This document shows, piece after piece, positions 26,229 to 40,730 of a stretch of DNA of 64,000 nt. The position numbers and the translations under genes were made by a program. The stretch comes from the human T2T-CHM13v2.0 reference genome, Homo sapiens. The notes beneath the pieces are model-generated. The model did no database searches and was not told where the DNA came from. It was given only the letters and a program-made list of their open reading frames with translations. The DNA lies in the NCBI RefSeq assembly GCF_009914755.1, contig NC_060935.1; one strand, given 5' to 3'. Numbering within the stretch: the first letter of the stretch is position 1; each line of letters starts with the position of its first letter.

Positions 26229-29200
26229 TAGCTTAGACATATATTCTGAGCTTTCAGTCCACATTAACAAAGTAAATCAAGGCTGTAAAGATTTTATTAG
26301 ACTCTAAAGAACACATTAAGGTCTAGTGAAGAGAACTCTAGTTTTTTTTTTTAAAAGTATTATTATTGATTTCAATTTTTTAGAAGGAGTCTTAAGATTA
26401 CTAAAGGCACTGGATCAAATACTATAAGAAGTGAGTTAAAACAAATGTAAGTGTCTAGATTTCACCATTTTGCAGATTCTGATTAGCCTGAACCAGACTG
26501 TAATACTCAAGTTTATACTCCTCACTGAACAGATTATTCCTCTGAACTATACAAACCAGAGTGGGAAGTGCTGAATCCCAGTATTTGGTAAAATCTTGAG
26601 TCAGATTTGAATTGTCATTTTGGGCATTTTAATTTATGGCTATCTACTTGTCTTATGTTTTATTAGCATCCTTGCTCTTTCACTTCAGTCTTTGCTCATA
26701 TTTGCAGCTCTGAATCTTTAAGCAGAATCTATTTGCTCATTACTTCCTCCTTCCAAACTTTCACAAAACTGTACACAGGGCTTCCTCTTCTCTCCCTCAC
26801 ACCCTACCCTGTGGTTTCTGGGTACTGCCCTAATCCATTATCCTTTGTTAACAGTCTTCCAAGGGCCTTTTTGAGATTTTGTTCTTAGCCAAGCCAATTT
26901 TATTCAAATTTGCATGTAAAATTTCACAAAAGGCTACATCAAATTCTTAGTGAATGACCAAATACACATTCTAGAGTAGTGATTAATTTAATGCCCTTCT
27001 TTATTTACTAGTGAACTCATTCTTTTTCAAGCCTTTTTCTTTAGTGCTATAGGGTATATGTGAAACTTTTCTTCTTCTATTTTAAACTCGTCGCTATGTT
27101 CTGCTGGTAATAGATCAAGCACTTGATATGACCACAGGCCTGTGCTCTGCTTTTCTCTTGAAAGGATTCAAATGAAAGTGAACAGAATGTTTTGGAAATC
27201 ATCTTGAGCACAACTGAAGGAAATAGAGATAATTGGCCTGCACAAAATGTGCTTAAGTGAAAACATATCCGTTTACAGGTATCTGAAGGATTACCAAACT
27301 ATAGCATTGAAAAGCAAAATCAGGACCAAAAAATAAGAATTATAGTGGCAGAATGAACCTCAACAGAATTTATCCCATGGTTCGGCAAACAGTTATTGGG
27401 AGCCTTGTATGTATAAAGCACTATTGCAAAGAAGAATTAAAGTACCTACTCTCAAGTCCTTTACAACCTATTATAGTCATATAAAGTATGAGAATAAATA
27501 GTTGGAGGGAGGCTGTAAGTCCCTAGGTAAACCCCAGCCATATCCACCGTGTTCCAAGATGTAGTACAGCAGAAGCAGGTATATTATGCTGGGTACATGA
27601 ATTTGAGGCAGCACCATTGGATTTCCTAGCCTGTGTGTAACATGCAAGTGATACAGAAATAGCCAGGTGTCCCACTGAGGAAATACAAAGGTGCTGAACA
27701 GGCAGGCAAAATATCAAAGGCTAGGCTGTAACAAAAATTTCATAGTGAATAGTCATTGTAAATGGAGGCGAATGGCCACAACTGTGGACCCCATTAGCAT
27801 GTACCAGCACAATGTCTCAAAGACCAGACACTATCAGTGGGAGACCAGAACAACCACTACATTGTCAAGATCAGCAGGAGTCCGTGGGATATCTAATAAA
27901 TATCAGACCATCTTTCCCCCCCATTTCCACAGGGTGACATAAACCTCCTCTTAATTTCCAGACACCAACTTGGAGGGAAGTAAAGAAAGGTAGAGGAAAT
28001 CTGAGTGACCACATAGCCAACAAAATCAGACATCCAAAAGGCACTGTTTAAACTGGAAGAGATTGAATTACCATCACTAGTTTACCTATTTCTGATTCCC
28101 CTGCCCCAGCTATCTAGTAACTATAAAGCCCTCCAAACCTCTACACACACGTAAACACGTGTATCCCTCTACCTAGTGAGACAGGATTTACAAGGAAGAT
28201 TTGTTTTAGAAAATCAAGAAAAGTAAATGTTGTTGTATATCTAAGCAGTAATGTGTAGAGATTTTTGACCCCACTACAAATTCATGAGCATATATTCACA
28301 CATATGAAGCCAATAGTTAATAATTCATCTAAAAAGATTTTTAAAAGAAAATGAAAGGCTTTTTTTAAGCAGGGACAACTAGAGGCCCTGCATAAGTTCA
28401 CATTGTTTATTTCTATTCTCTACAATGATTGCTTTTTCAAACAGGATTATTAGCCTGTGTTTAATGCCGTATTTTAATCTCCTTCATGTTCTTGAGTTTT
28501 AATGTTTTCTTCATACTCTGTATTGTTACTGATTTGCATTCTGAAGAAGGTGATTACTCTTACACTGCTGTACTCATTGAACACAAGAACGTATTTTACA
28601 TGAACTATGAATTTCAGCAGCGCAATCATTGAAAGAAAATGTTTCTCCTTTTTCCACATAGTATCTTCTTCCCTGTCCTGATGGGTGACACCTCTTTACA
28701 AATCTCAATGCAGGTTCCTCTTTGTTTTAAGATATGATTGTGCTTTTCTGTAAAAATCATAGACTGCAGACCACTGTTATCTGTATATGAGCTTGGTGCT
28801 GCTGGTGTTACTATTATTCTTCCATAATATCGTAAGAAATTATTACCAACAAAGGAATGTTACTCAACATACATAGTAGCTACATGGATTTGTCTAGTTG
28901 TGTACCCTACAGCAAACCATCAAATCTCAATATCTAAAATAGATAAAGGACTATGAAAAACTATTACCAAAATCTGTCCTAGGTAACTGTTGTTTCATTT
29001 CCCAAGGAGAAAAATGAAGAGAAAAAATTAGCTAGCCTCTCTCAATTTATCAGTTGGTGTTCTGGGTGATTAAGATGGGGGAGAAGTTGGCAGAGCTGTT
29101 AGAAAGAAGGCTGTCATAAGCAAAAGGGCTGTAGGGAAGGGAAAGGTGTCAATGTGGCTAAACAAGGTCTAAATGAAGAACCTGGAGCTCAGGGAAGGAT

Positions 29201-31515
29201 TAAATTAAAGTACTGATATGATAGCTCCTTCTGAATTTACCACACTGTGATTTCTAGTTTCTCTGAATTCTCTCAGCTTTTCCCAAATATCACAGAGAAA
29301 AGTGACGATGGTCAGAATGGATTACCAAAAATCCTACCAAGTTCCTTTTTAACAGGATGTGGAATTGGTTATAGATGTTACTTTGATTTCCAACAGGAGA
29401 CCACGGTATTTCTACTACTAAGGGTTAAACTACTAAGTAAGGCAGGAAGTTTTGAGTCCAGCCAGCACACACACAATCAATCCTGGCTATGTTTCTTTTC
29501 TTCCACTGGATACTGGAAGGTTATTAAGTTTCTCTGAAAAGCTGTATCAAACACCAAACAAAACCCTGAAAGATGGAAAGATTGAAAAGAGGTGCTGAAA
29601 GCAGACAGTCAATGCCTGCAGTCCAAAGTCTTTGTCTGCACGCACAGTTGCTTCTTTTCATCGTCTCTCAGATCATCAGTTGTTTAAGGGCTGTGAAAAG
29701 TGTCAGAAAGACAGCCTACTTCTAAAGTTAGGGAAAGTTTGGGATGTGAATATATGAGAATGCTATCAGATTGCTTACACTTACCCAAAACCTTTTAGGG
29801 GGATTTAAAAAAAACACACACACATTTGAAGAGTTAAAACATAATCATTCACAGAGATCTAAAGCAATGTCTAAAAGATGTCTTCTCTCTAGCTGAGAAA
29901 TGAAAAATGCAATTTCAGGAAAAACACTCTAATTTCTTTTCTTCTGTTTTCTCCACTCTATCATGGAAGGACCACACCAAAGGCCTTATCTTTGACTTTT
30001 AAACCTTTTCTTTAGGAAGACTTGATAAACACAGTACTTGTTTTTCCCCTGTCAGCGAAAAGAAAAGAGATAAGGATCATTTTAAATTGCAGAAAATGCT
30101 AGTCATTATTGTTTGGCTTGAGAGTATATAATTTTATCGTTATAATTATGGCTAACCAAGACTTATTTTCTGATATAACCCTAATCCCTAGAATTCATGA
30201 AGAACAAAATAAAAAATGAAACTATTTGTCAAAACATTAAGAGATTTTGTTGGCCTCATGGTATCCTCCATCATGAGGAGTTAAACAATATGCCAGGCCA
30301 AGAGTGACTTAGAGAGAAAAAGGCTTTCAAAAAGATTTGATGAGTGACAAAACTTCCAAAGTCTCTCACCACTGATTTTACTGTCCTTCCAATTGAAGAG
30401 AACTATATTCATAATGGGAGAAGGTGGGCTGAGAAAATTCTTACTGAAAAAGAAAGTAATCTTTATTCTTCATGTTGGAAACCTTTTTTTAATCCTCTAA
30501 TTTCCCAAAAAGGTCAAACAAGGTCCCTTTGTGTCCCAAGAATCTTCAAAAATCATCACCCTACATAGCAAATAGAAGGAATAATGAATTTTGCTCAACA
30601 GTAGTATTTTAATTTAATGGCCAGTATTTTTTAAAAAATTAAAAACTTTATACCATTCAAATCAATAAAAGCTAAGGAAGAGATTGAGGGAAAAATATCA
30701 GATTTGAAAATTCCTGACTTCTTATATCTTTTCATAGTTAACATCAACCTTCTATATATCAGGGCTCAAAACAAGGTTTTTATTACAATGAATTTGCATG
30801 TGCTCAATAAAATTCAATTGGAAGGGATTTTTGCTTCTATCCATGAAGGAGCAACAGGAAACAGAATTATCTTTCTACCTTCAAAAACTTTTTTTAAAAA
30901 GTAGACAAAATATATGAGACAATTTTTACACATTGAACAATAGGCAGGGTAGATCACTGATCCCTGAAAAAAGGAAAACAAATGAGGTGAAACCAACTAT
31001 TCAACTCTTGTTCAAGTTTACTGCCTGGCGGTAATAAAGCCTGGAAAACTTCCTGAGTTCAGTTTAGAATTCAAGGGGGATAAAGTGGTGTATAATCAGA
31101 GAAAAGAGATTTGCAGAGAGAGAGAGAGAGAGAATGAGAGAGAACGAATGAACTCCGGAGATTTGCAGAGGGTTTCTTCTGAGTCTTCATCTGAGTAATG
31201 ATCAGCAACTACATGTAAGAAAACTACCCAAGGCATGGGGAAGAATCATCAGAAGGATCAAATGGAATAGTTTTTGGAGCTCATACAAGGCCAAAAATAG
31301 TATTCATCCACACAAGCCAGAGTGAAGACTTCTAACATATGGAATATCAAACATATATTCCAGAGTCCCCAGAGGAGTATTGTCTCAATATGTGGCCAGA
31401 TTAGCCTTGAATGAACAGCCTCACAGTTCAAAAGCAAGCAAGGATCAAATTGCTTTCAAGTAACTTAATTGCTGCATTCCATAACAAAGCTCCTAAGGTA
31501 CTTAAGAAAATGTAG

Positions 31516-31832
31516 ATGGATCTGGAGGCCATTATCCTTAGCAAACTAACACTGAAACAGAAAACCAAATACCCACATATTCTCACTTATAAGTGGGAGC
31601 TAAATGAGAACTCATGGACACTTAGAGGAAAACAACAGACACTGACTGGGTGGTTTTGGAGGGTGGAAGGTGGGAGGAGAGAGAATCAGGAAAAATAACT
31701 AGTGGGTACTAGGCTAATACCTGGGTGATGAAATAATCTGTACAACAAACCCCCATGACAGAAGTTGACTTATGTAACAAACCTGCACATGTACCCCTGA
31801 ACTTAAAGTAAAAGTCAAAAAAAAAAAAAAAC
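31516..31832 (+). mobile_element. L1PA 3' end nested in older L1
   Basis: GGAGGCCATTATCCTTAGCAAACTAAC..AACAAACCTGCACATGTACCCCTGAACTTAAA then poly-A. Confidence 0.9.
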
Positions 31833-32617
31833 ACAAAAACTCTATTACATAACAAGGTAAAACTTACAATGTATGGTATCTAATCAATTGCCAGGTATGC
31901 AACAAGCAGGAAAACATTGGTCATAATGAGGAGAACAACAAATCAATACAGACACACCCATAAAAGACTTATAAATAACAATGACAATAAAACAGCTATT
32001 AAAAATATGTCTTAAATATTCTTGAAGGTTGAGCAAAATGTGAACATCCTGAGGAGAGACATGACATATATTTCAAAACCAATCTTCTAGAAATGAAAAT
32101 TCAATATCTTACATAAACAATACACATGATAGGATTAATAGCATTTTGACAATATAGAAGAATGATTAGTGCACTTGAAGACCTGGCAATAGAAACTATC
32201 TGAAATGAAATACAGAGGGGAAAAATACTGAAAATAAATGAACAGAGAATCAGTGAGCTGTACAAAGAGGTAAAAGTAGACTAAAATACATGTAATCAAA
32301 ACCCAAAGGGAAAGAAGAAGGAGAAAAAAAAACAGAAAAAAAATGTTGAAGAAATAACATACCAAAAAATTCATAATTTAATGGAAATTACAAATCCACA
32401 GATCCAAGAAGCTCAATAAACCCCTAGTAAAAAACATGAAGGAATTTACACTAAAACCTATCATATCGAAATTGTTGTAAATAAGTGATAAAAAGAAAAT
32501 CTTAAAAGCTCCTGGAGGAAAAAAGACACATTAGGTACAGAGGATAAAATGGCAGACTTCTCATCAGAAACAATACAATCTAAGAGACAATGAAGCCATG
32601 GCTTTAAAGTACTGAAG

Positions 32618-32838
32618 TAGGGTCTGACCCTTCTGCCAGTCATCAGTTTCTAGAAAAAGTGAGAACAAATGAAAAGGAAAAGCCTCCAGTCAACAACTGG
32701 AATATAATGGAATGTTTTAATGAAGTAGTAACGAGTTTGGTTCTTTCTACAACTCACTTAGCTACAGAGCCCTAATTGCATGCCACTTCTGCCCAAGTAA
32801 TGTAACAATGAATCCTGTTGTTGACTTTTAATAAGAAA
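32618..32838 (+). repeat. Dispersed direct repeat, 221 bp, copy A (partner 34552-34773)
   Basis: By-eye alignment gives 11 substitutions and 1 indel. Confidence 0.95.
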
Positions 32839-33135
32839 ATTGTCAATTAGCAAAGATATCTCTCAGTAATAAAAAACAAAATGAAGATTTTTTTCAAACA
32901 TAATGAAAGCTTAAAAATTATTAACAGATCATCACTATAAGAAATGTTAAAGGAGGTTCTTTTTGCAGAAAGAAAATGATACTAAATGAAAATCTGGATC
33001 TACACAAAGTAATGAAGAACACTAAAAATACTAAATATGGAGGCAAGTATAGGACTTGTTTTCTTATTTTTTTTTTTAGTTGATTGAAATGCGGATGGGT
33101 AATTTTACTGTACCAGTTAACTAATACACTATAAT

Positions 33136-33655
33136 TGTGTCAGCTGCTGCTGAGTAATAAATCACATCAAAACTTAATGGCTTAAAGCAACTAGTTATTA
33201 TTTCTATTGGATACAGTTCATCTAGATAATTAATTCTACTATTGTAAGCCATTCTTGACTGAAGTTGATGGGCTCACTCATGTATATGCAGTTAATTGGT
33301 AAGTCAGTTTAGGGCTAGCTAACCTAGGATTGCTTCAGCTCAGGTGGCCTAGCTTTGCTCTGTGAGGTCTTTCCTCTCCTTCCTCTCCTAGCAGGCTAAC
33401 CTGGGCTTGTTCTCATGACAAAGGAGAGGTCTACAACTGGGTAATCCCAATCATGCAAAAGGTAAAATAAAGGCACATTTACTTGTAAAGCTTCTGCTTG
33501 TGTGACATTTGCTAGTATCTTATGGGGTTAACCAAATCACACAACCAACCTCAGAGTCAGAGTGGAAAGGTTCTACAAAACTTTTTAAATTGCAGGGCAA
33601 AAGTATGGATATAGGGAAGCCATTATTTGGGGATGTTGGTGTAATCAATCTAGCA
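33136..33655 (-). mobile_element. MLT-family LTR remnant
   Basis: AAAACTTAATGGCTTAAAGCAAC, GGGCTCACTCATGTAT, CCTGGGCTTGTTCTCATG. Confidence 0.6.
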
Positions 33656-33978
33656 TGCACATCTACTTTGGCGACAGTGAATTAATGTACTTACAGAAAT
33701 AATCCATGCGTATATACACACACTACATAACCTACATACAGGTAACTTCAGAGTTTACTCTGCTTGGTTATTTTTTAAACCTCTTCATTATCATGAGTGA
33801 TAATCTCAGTACTATGAGTAGCAGAGGGTTAAGAATATTGGGAGAAAGATCAAGAATAGGTGTACAGAGAAAGGGAAACAAATGCATTACAAGAAGCTAT
33901 AAGAAGTTTGCAACAGATTATCGCAAGGATAACCTAGAGTACTGAGAAATGCAACAAGGCAGGCAGAGAGCGAGGTAG

Positions 33979-34390
<412 letters not shown>

Positions 34391-34551
34391 CTAAAAAGTT
34401 TCTTTTATCATTTCTTGAGTTCTCAACTTGAAACAAATAAGTAGAATTGCTAATTGAATATACTGGGGAAAAGTCCAAATTAACATTTGTGGAATGATTA
34501 ATACTACTTAAGAAAGAATTGAGTTTTTACACTGATAAAGGATCCCCAGAA

Positions 34552-34773
34552 TAGGGTCTGACACGTCTGCTAGTCATCAGTTTCCAGAAGAAGTGAGAAC
34601 ACAATGAAAAGGAAAAGCCTCCAGTCAACAACTGGAATGTAATGGAATGTTTTAATGAAGTAGTAATGAGTCTGGTTCTTTCTACAACTCACTTAGCTAC
34701 AGAGCCCTAATTGTATGGCACTTCTGCCCAAGTAATGTAACAATGAATTCTGTTGTTGACTTTTAATAAGAAA
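34552..34773 (+). repeat. Dispersed direct repeat, 222 bp, copy B
   Basis: TAGGGTCTGAC..GACTTTTAATAAGAAA matches 32618-32838. Confidence 0.95.
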
Positions 34774-35507
34774 TATATTTAATTGTATTAAATATAATTA
34801 TACTATAGCTATGCTTGAGTGGCACAGATAATGATTCATTATTATATTTAATAGAAAATATATTTAATTTTCTAGTGAACTGATCTCATACAAATTGAAA
34901 TTGGCAACTTAAAGTATTTTTTTAAAACTAAAGTATGTTTGGGATGCTACTTTTATGTTAAGTAACATGGTCTTCATGAAGAAAATGCTATTCATATTCT
35001 TTCAATTAAATTTGTTTGTTCTGGTATGAAATATAGGAATTCCAAGAGAGAAGAGAGAAGCAGAAAAAATATTGAATAAGAAAAGAAGGAAGGAAGGGAG
35101 GGAGGAAGGCTGCAGAACACATACACAGCATCATCTCCTTTGGGGTGTATGTAACTAATTTGTTGAAGGACACTGAATGTTAACATAAAACTGTTAACAA
35201 TTAATTCTGGAAAACAGAAATGAAAGTGTTGAAACAAAAATTGGGTGCCCAGACCTATTTAGTGTCTTGTGCTATTCTATTCTAGTATCTTGAATCTAAG
35301 TCAAAACCAAATGCACAAAGAAATTAGTCATTAAAGAATCTAGTGATATTACTGACCAGCATCATTAACTATTAATTATGGATTTTCATACATCACTTAC
35401 ATCTACAGACAGAAGATACTTTTTTAAAAAGATGCTTATATATAAATAACATGTCTTCATTTTGAAAAACACATTTTTAAAGACAGGCAATATGGTTCAC
35501 TTAAGAA

Positions 35508-35726
35508 GCTGGTCAACTACAATTGACCATGGGTCAAATCCAACCTACTGCCTGTTTCTGTAAATAAAATTTTATTGGAACACAGCTATAGCCATACATT
35601 TATGTGTTATCTATGACTGCTTTCACACTGTGATGACAGAGTTGAGTTGTAACAGAAACTATACAAACCATAAAGCCTAAAATATTTACTGTTTATCCAT
35701 TCACAGAAAAAGGTTGTCAACCCCTG
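35508..35726 (-). mobile_element. MER58A-like DNA transposon
   Basis: TGTAAATAAAATTTTATTGGAACACAGC..AAAGCCTAAAATATTTACT..CAACCCCTG. Confidence 0.8.
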
Positions 35727-36139
35727 ATTTAGTGGGAAGAGTCTAGCTTTGAAGTTAAACAAACCTGGATTCTAATTTTACTCTTGCAACCTGTGTCTCT
35801 GAGCTTCAATTTATCTATCTTCGCTATAAGAGAGGAAAGTAGGAATAATAATATATTTCTTGTAAGGAGTTGAGAGGATGATGGGAAAAGTACCTGGCAC
35901 GGGAGAAAAGCAAGAAAATGTAGCAAACAAATACATAAATAAGGTTACAACAAAAGAAACAGCTAAAAGAGAAAAATGTTTGCCTCTGGGTAATGTGAAT
36001 TGGAAGTCTAACAGGAGGCATTTTGTAATATTTGCCCATAAAACTATTGGACTTTTAATTATTTATTTGACTTAAAGATTCTTTTATTTTAAAGAACATT
36101 TCTATTAAAAATGTTAAAGTATATCATTTGTGTAGGAAC

Positions 36140-37200
36140 AAATAAATACAATATTGAAACAACACATGTGTATGGAGACTTGATATATGATAAAAGTATC
36201 CCTGTAAATCTCTGAAGTGATCATTAATATTTTAGTTAACAAAATTAAGAATATAGTTTTACTAAAATTTTTTAAAAAGAAAATAATACAGTCACTGCCT
36301 ATCTTATACTATATAAAAAGGTAGATTCCAAATGAAGTAAGGCCCTAAATATGAAAGGAAAGCTACAAAGCTAAGAGGAAAAATAATTTTAATTATCTTT
36401 GTGACTTAAGGGTTAAAAAATATTTCTTAAGCAAGACCCACCAAAATTGATGGATTTGACTACACAATAAAGTCATTTACAGGATTTTTCAAAATAAACA
36501 ATCAAAATGATAATTTTTATTTTACTAATAAAACAAAAAACTGATAAATTAATAACTAGAATACACAAGGAACTGTTGTAAATCAACAAAAAGAGAGGAA
36601 TCCCAGATTTTAACAATAAACAAAATATATTAATAGGTTATTCATATAAAGGGGAAGTCCAAATAACTAACACATATAAAAAGAGATGCTCAAACTCACT
36701 AGTGATATAAAAAAATGCAACATAAAACAAGCCACTTCTACTTTATAACCATTAGAATGTTAAAAAAAAATAGAAAGGTTGATAATGCAAGTGTTGGTAT
36801 GATTGACGGAAAACAGGCCACCTCATACATTGCTGGAGAAAATGTAAATTGCTAAAATCATTTTGGAGGGCAGGCTGGCAATGGTCGATGAAAATAAGTA
36901 TGCCTAAATCCTATCACCTACTCCTGGGTAGGCAGCCCAGAGAAATTCTAGTATAAATCAATATGGGACAAAAACAAGGACCTGCTTTACAGCGGTGTTG
37001 ATGGGACTAGAGAGTTGAAGGCAATCTAGATGTTTGCATCACCAGAGAAATGAACAAACAGAAAATGATGCATATATACTAAGGAATACTATGCAACAGT
37101 GTAACAATGTAGTGTTCATTTTAGGAAACAAAATCTACGGTAAAACTTTTATATAAACTTTTAAAATATGTAGAAAGAAAACATCATTTATCTCAATAAG
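36140..37200 (+). mobile_element. Old L1ME-like ORF2 end / 3' region
   Basis: AAAAGATGCTCAAACTCACTAGT-type string, CTCATACATTGCTGG, GGAATACTATGCA. Confidence 0.7.
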
Positions 37201-37710
37201 CTAACATGTAAAAAGACAATCAAGTAAGGACCTATTGGAAAAGAGAAGTATGAATATCAGTAATAAAGGGGGATGGATTAAATATCAAATGAGAAAAGAG
37301 TCTGGCATGGACTGATAATGATAGTGGGTCAGGAGCTGAGTAACAAAATTCCCCCTAACTCTCTGCAGGTAGGATTCAGTCAGAAGAAAAGGAGAGGACA
37401 CCTGGAATACAGAAGAAGCTTGAGAAAGGTCTGACTAGTTTTTGTCTGTTCTATAACTTCACATAAAGTGAATCGTGTAGTATGCACTCATACCTCACTT
37501 CTTTTACTCAGCATATTTTAATGTTTATCCATGATGTTGCATGTATCAGCAGTTTGTTCCTTTTTATTTATGATAGGTGTTCCACGACACAGATATACCA
37601 CAATTTGTTTATCCTTTCTTCTGTTGATAGGCACGTAGGTTTTTTCCAGTTTGAGGTTTTAATGAATGAAGCTACTATTAACATTATTGGTCAAAGTCTT
37701 TTTGTATATA

Positions 37711-38048
37711 CAGTCAGTCCTCTGTCAGTAGGTTCCTCTGTGTCCATAGGTTCCCCATCTGTGAATTCAAATAACTGTGGACTAAAAATATTTTATAAAT
37801 TGCATCTGTACTGTACATGGACAGACTTTTTTCTTATTATTCCCTAAACAATACATTATAATGACTATTTACATAGCATTTACATTGCATTAGTTATAAG
37901 TAATCTAGAGATTAAAGTATATGAGAAGATGTGAATGGGTTATGTGCAAATACTGTGTCATTTTCTATCAGGGACTTGAGCATCTGCAGATTTTGGCATC
38001 TGAGGGAGGTCCTGAAACCAGTCCCCTACAGACACCAAGGGATGACTG
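37711..38048. mobile_element. MER2-like TcMar-Tigger DNA transposon
   Basis: CAGTC...GACTG termini flanked by TA on both sides; TATTTACATAGCATTTACATTG and CAGGGACTTGAGCATC hallmarks. Confidence 0.87.
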
Positions 38049-40093
38049 TATATGCTTTCATTTTCTTGGGTAAATATCTAAAAGTGGAATTTATGGGTCA
38101 CAGAGTGGGCGTTCGTTTATGAGAAATTGCCAGATTGTTTAACAAGGTAATTGTACCATTTTACAGTCTCATTAGCAATGTGTGAGAGTTCCTGTTGCTC
38201 CATATTCTCAACAATATTTAGCATGGTTAGTCTTTTTAATTTTAGCCACTCAGGTGGTGGTATTTAGTGGCATCTCATTGTTCTTTCAAGTTGAATTCCC
38301 CTAATAATTCATTTGCATTTTCCTGGTGAAAAATTATCTTGAATACTTCATGTACCTAGTGGCCATCTATTAATCTTACTTTGTGCATTACCTATGCAAG
38401 TCTTTTGTCTATGTTTTAATTTGATACCTGCCTTTTTATTATTGACTTGTACAATGTGTTTATATGAGTACAAATAATTTATCAGATGTATGTATTGTAA
38501 ATGTTTTCCAAATTATGGCTCTTCTCTTCCGTCTGATGAGCAGAAGCTTTTAACTTTGATGAAATCTTTTTGTCATTCTTTTTTCTTTTATGGTTTTTTT
38601 GTTTTATGGCTTACAATTTCATTCGTAAGGTCTTCTGTTTAAGAAATCTTTGCCAATCCTGAGATTATAAAATACTCTTTTATATTTTCCTCTAGAAGCT
38701 TTATAGTTTTAGCTTTTAAACTTAGATTGATAATCCATCTCATATTAAATTTTTTGTATGGAAGGAGGTATAGGTTAAGAAACAACTTTTATATGTAGCC
38801 TGTTATTCTGGTAGCATTTATTGGAGAGACCTTTACTTCTTAGATTGTTTTGGCAATTTGATTGAAATTAATTATATAAGGGTAGATCTATTGCTGATCT
38901 ATTCTGTTTCATTGATCTTTTTGTTTATCTTCATTTCAGTAATACATGCTCTTGATTATTGTCACTTTATAATAAGTCTTGAAATTAGGAAATGTATATC
39001 TTGTTTTTCAAGAAATAGCATGTAGATGCTTACCAGAACAAAATCCTGCTAGGATTTATATAAAATTTGGAAGAATTGACTTTATAAAAATTGAAGCTTC
39101 CAATCCATGATATGATGTCTCCTCATTTATTTAGCTTTTCTTTAGTTACGTTCAGCAATGTGTTGTAGTTTTCAATGTAGAGGTTTTTAACATATTTTAT
39201 TAAATTTATTCTTAAATATTTGTTATGCTTTTGAGATAATGTTAACTTTTTGTCTCATTTTTAATTATTCATGATAGCATATAGAAATATATCTAATTAT
39301 TGTATATAGATCATGAATCCAGAAAACTTGCTAAATTCATTTATTAATTCTAATAGCTATTTTTACAATTCCTTAAGATTTTCTAAACATCAAATAATCT
39401 GTTACTTATTTTCCAATATAGATGACCTTTTTTGGCTCATCTTCATGTATGTAATGCTAGGTATAGTACAATGTTTTATAGAACTTAGGAGAGAGAAGAC
39501 ACATGTATTTGTTTCTGATCATAAGGGGGGAATCTGAGACTTTTAACTCATTTAAAATTTGCTAATGTATTCTAAGGGTTTTTGCATCTATTTTTTGAAG
39601 GATATTGACCTATAATATTATTCTCTTATAATATTGTTGTATATGCTTTAGTATCTCAGTGTTATACTACCCTCACAAAACAAGTTTGTGGAAGATTGAT
39701 ATTATTTCTTCTTTAAATATTTATAAAATTATCTAGACTTAAAATTTTCTTTATGGAAATATTTTAAATTATAACTGTAATAATTTTACTATAGTCCAAT
39801 TTTCTATTTCTTTTTGTATCAATTTTAGTAATTTACAATTTTCAAAAAATTTGTCTACTTTGTCTCTATTGTTGAATATATTGGCATAAAGTTGTTCATG
39901 TTATTCTTCTATTATTTATTATCATATGTTCTTTAATTATTGCTCCTTTATAATTCATATTTGTAATGTGATTTTTCTCTAATTTTTTTGATCATTATAG
40001 CTACAGGTTTATTAATTTTATTCACCTTTTCCAAGAAACAACTTTTGTTTTCAGTGAGTTTCTCCATTGTTGTCTATTTCATGTATATTTACT

Positions 40094-40730
40094 CTTTTTT
40101 CCAGCTTTATTAGGGTGTAATAAAATTTGTATATATTTAAGTGTATAATGTGATGGTTTGATAGACATATACATTATGAAATGATTACAACTATCAGAGT
40201 AATTAACATATTCATCACTTTGCATAGTTACCTTTTGTGTGTGTGCCTGTGTGTATGTGGTAAGAACATTTAAGATCTACTCCCTTGGCTGGGTACTGTG
40301 GCTCATGCCTGTATTCCCAGTACTTTGGGAGGCCAAGGCGGGTGGGATCACTTGAGGCCAGGAGTTTAAGACCAGCTTGGCCAACATGGCGAAACCCTGT
40401 TTCTACTAAAAATATCAAAATTAGCTGGATGTGGTGACAAGCACCTGTAGTCCCAGCTACTCAGGAGGCTAAAGCAGGAGAATCACTTGAACTCGGGAGG
40501 CAGAGGTTACAGTGAGCCAAGATCGCACTACTGCTCTCCAGCCTGGGTGACAGAGCAAGACTCCGTCTCAAAAAAACAAACAAAATCAAAAAACAAAACC
40601 CTACGCCCTTGGCAGATTACAAGTTCAGTATACAATAAAGCACTATTAACTATTGTCATCATTGTGTATATTAACTTTCTAAAATATACGTATGCTACAT
40701 AACTGAAACTTTGTATTCCTTGACTAACAT
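40094..40730 (-). mobile_element. L1MA 3' end fragment interrupted by an Alu
   Basis: T-rich start, TAAAATTTGTATATATTTAAG..GGTAAGAACATTTAAGATCTACTC; resumes after the Alu (ATTAACTATTGTCATCAT..TAACTGAAACTTTGTA). Confidence 0.75.
40287..40598 (+). mobile_element. Alu, AluS-type
   Basis: Full dimer; TSD-like CTACTCCCTT / CTACGCCCTT. Confidence 0.93.

Larger units (their letters stand above)
30900..33050 (+). mobile_element. Old L1M 5'/ORF1 region, degraded, with nested insertions
   Basis: A-rich; ORF1-type strings CAGATCCAAGAAGCTCAA, GAAAATCTTAAAAGC, GCAGACTTCTCATCAGAAACAAT, AAGAAATGTTAAAGGA. Confidence 0.75.

Noticed and set aside
28470-28680. Complex-looking stretch with short open frames on both strands, possible exon
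   Set aside because: No recognisable protein similarity or convincing splice-site pair; cannot be supported without alignment
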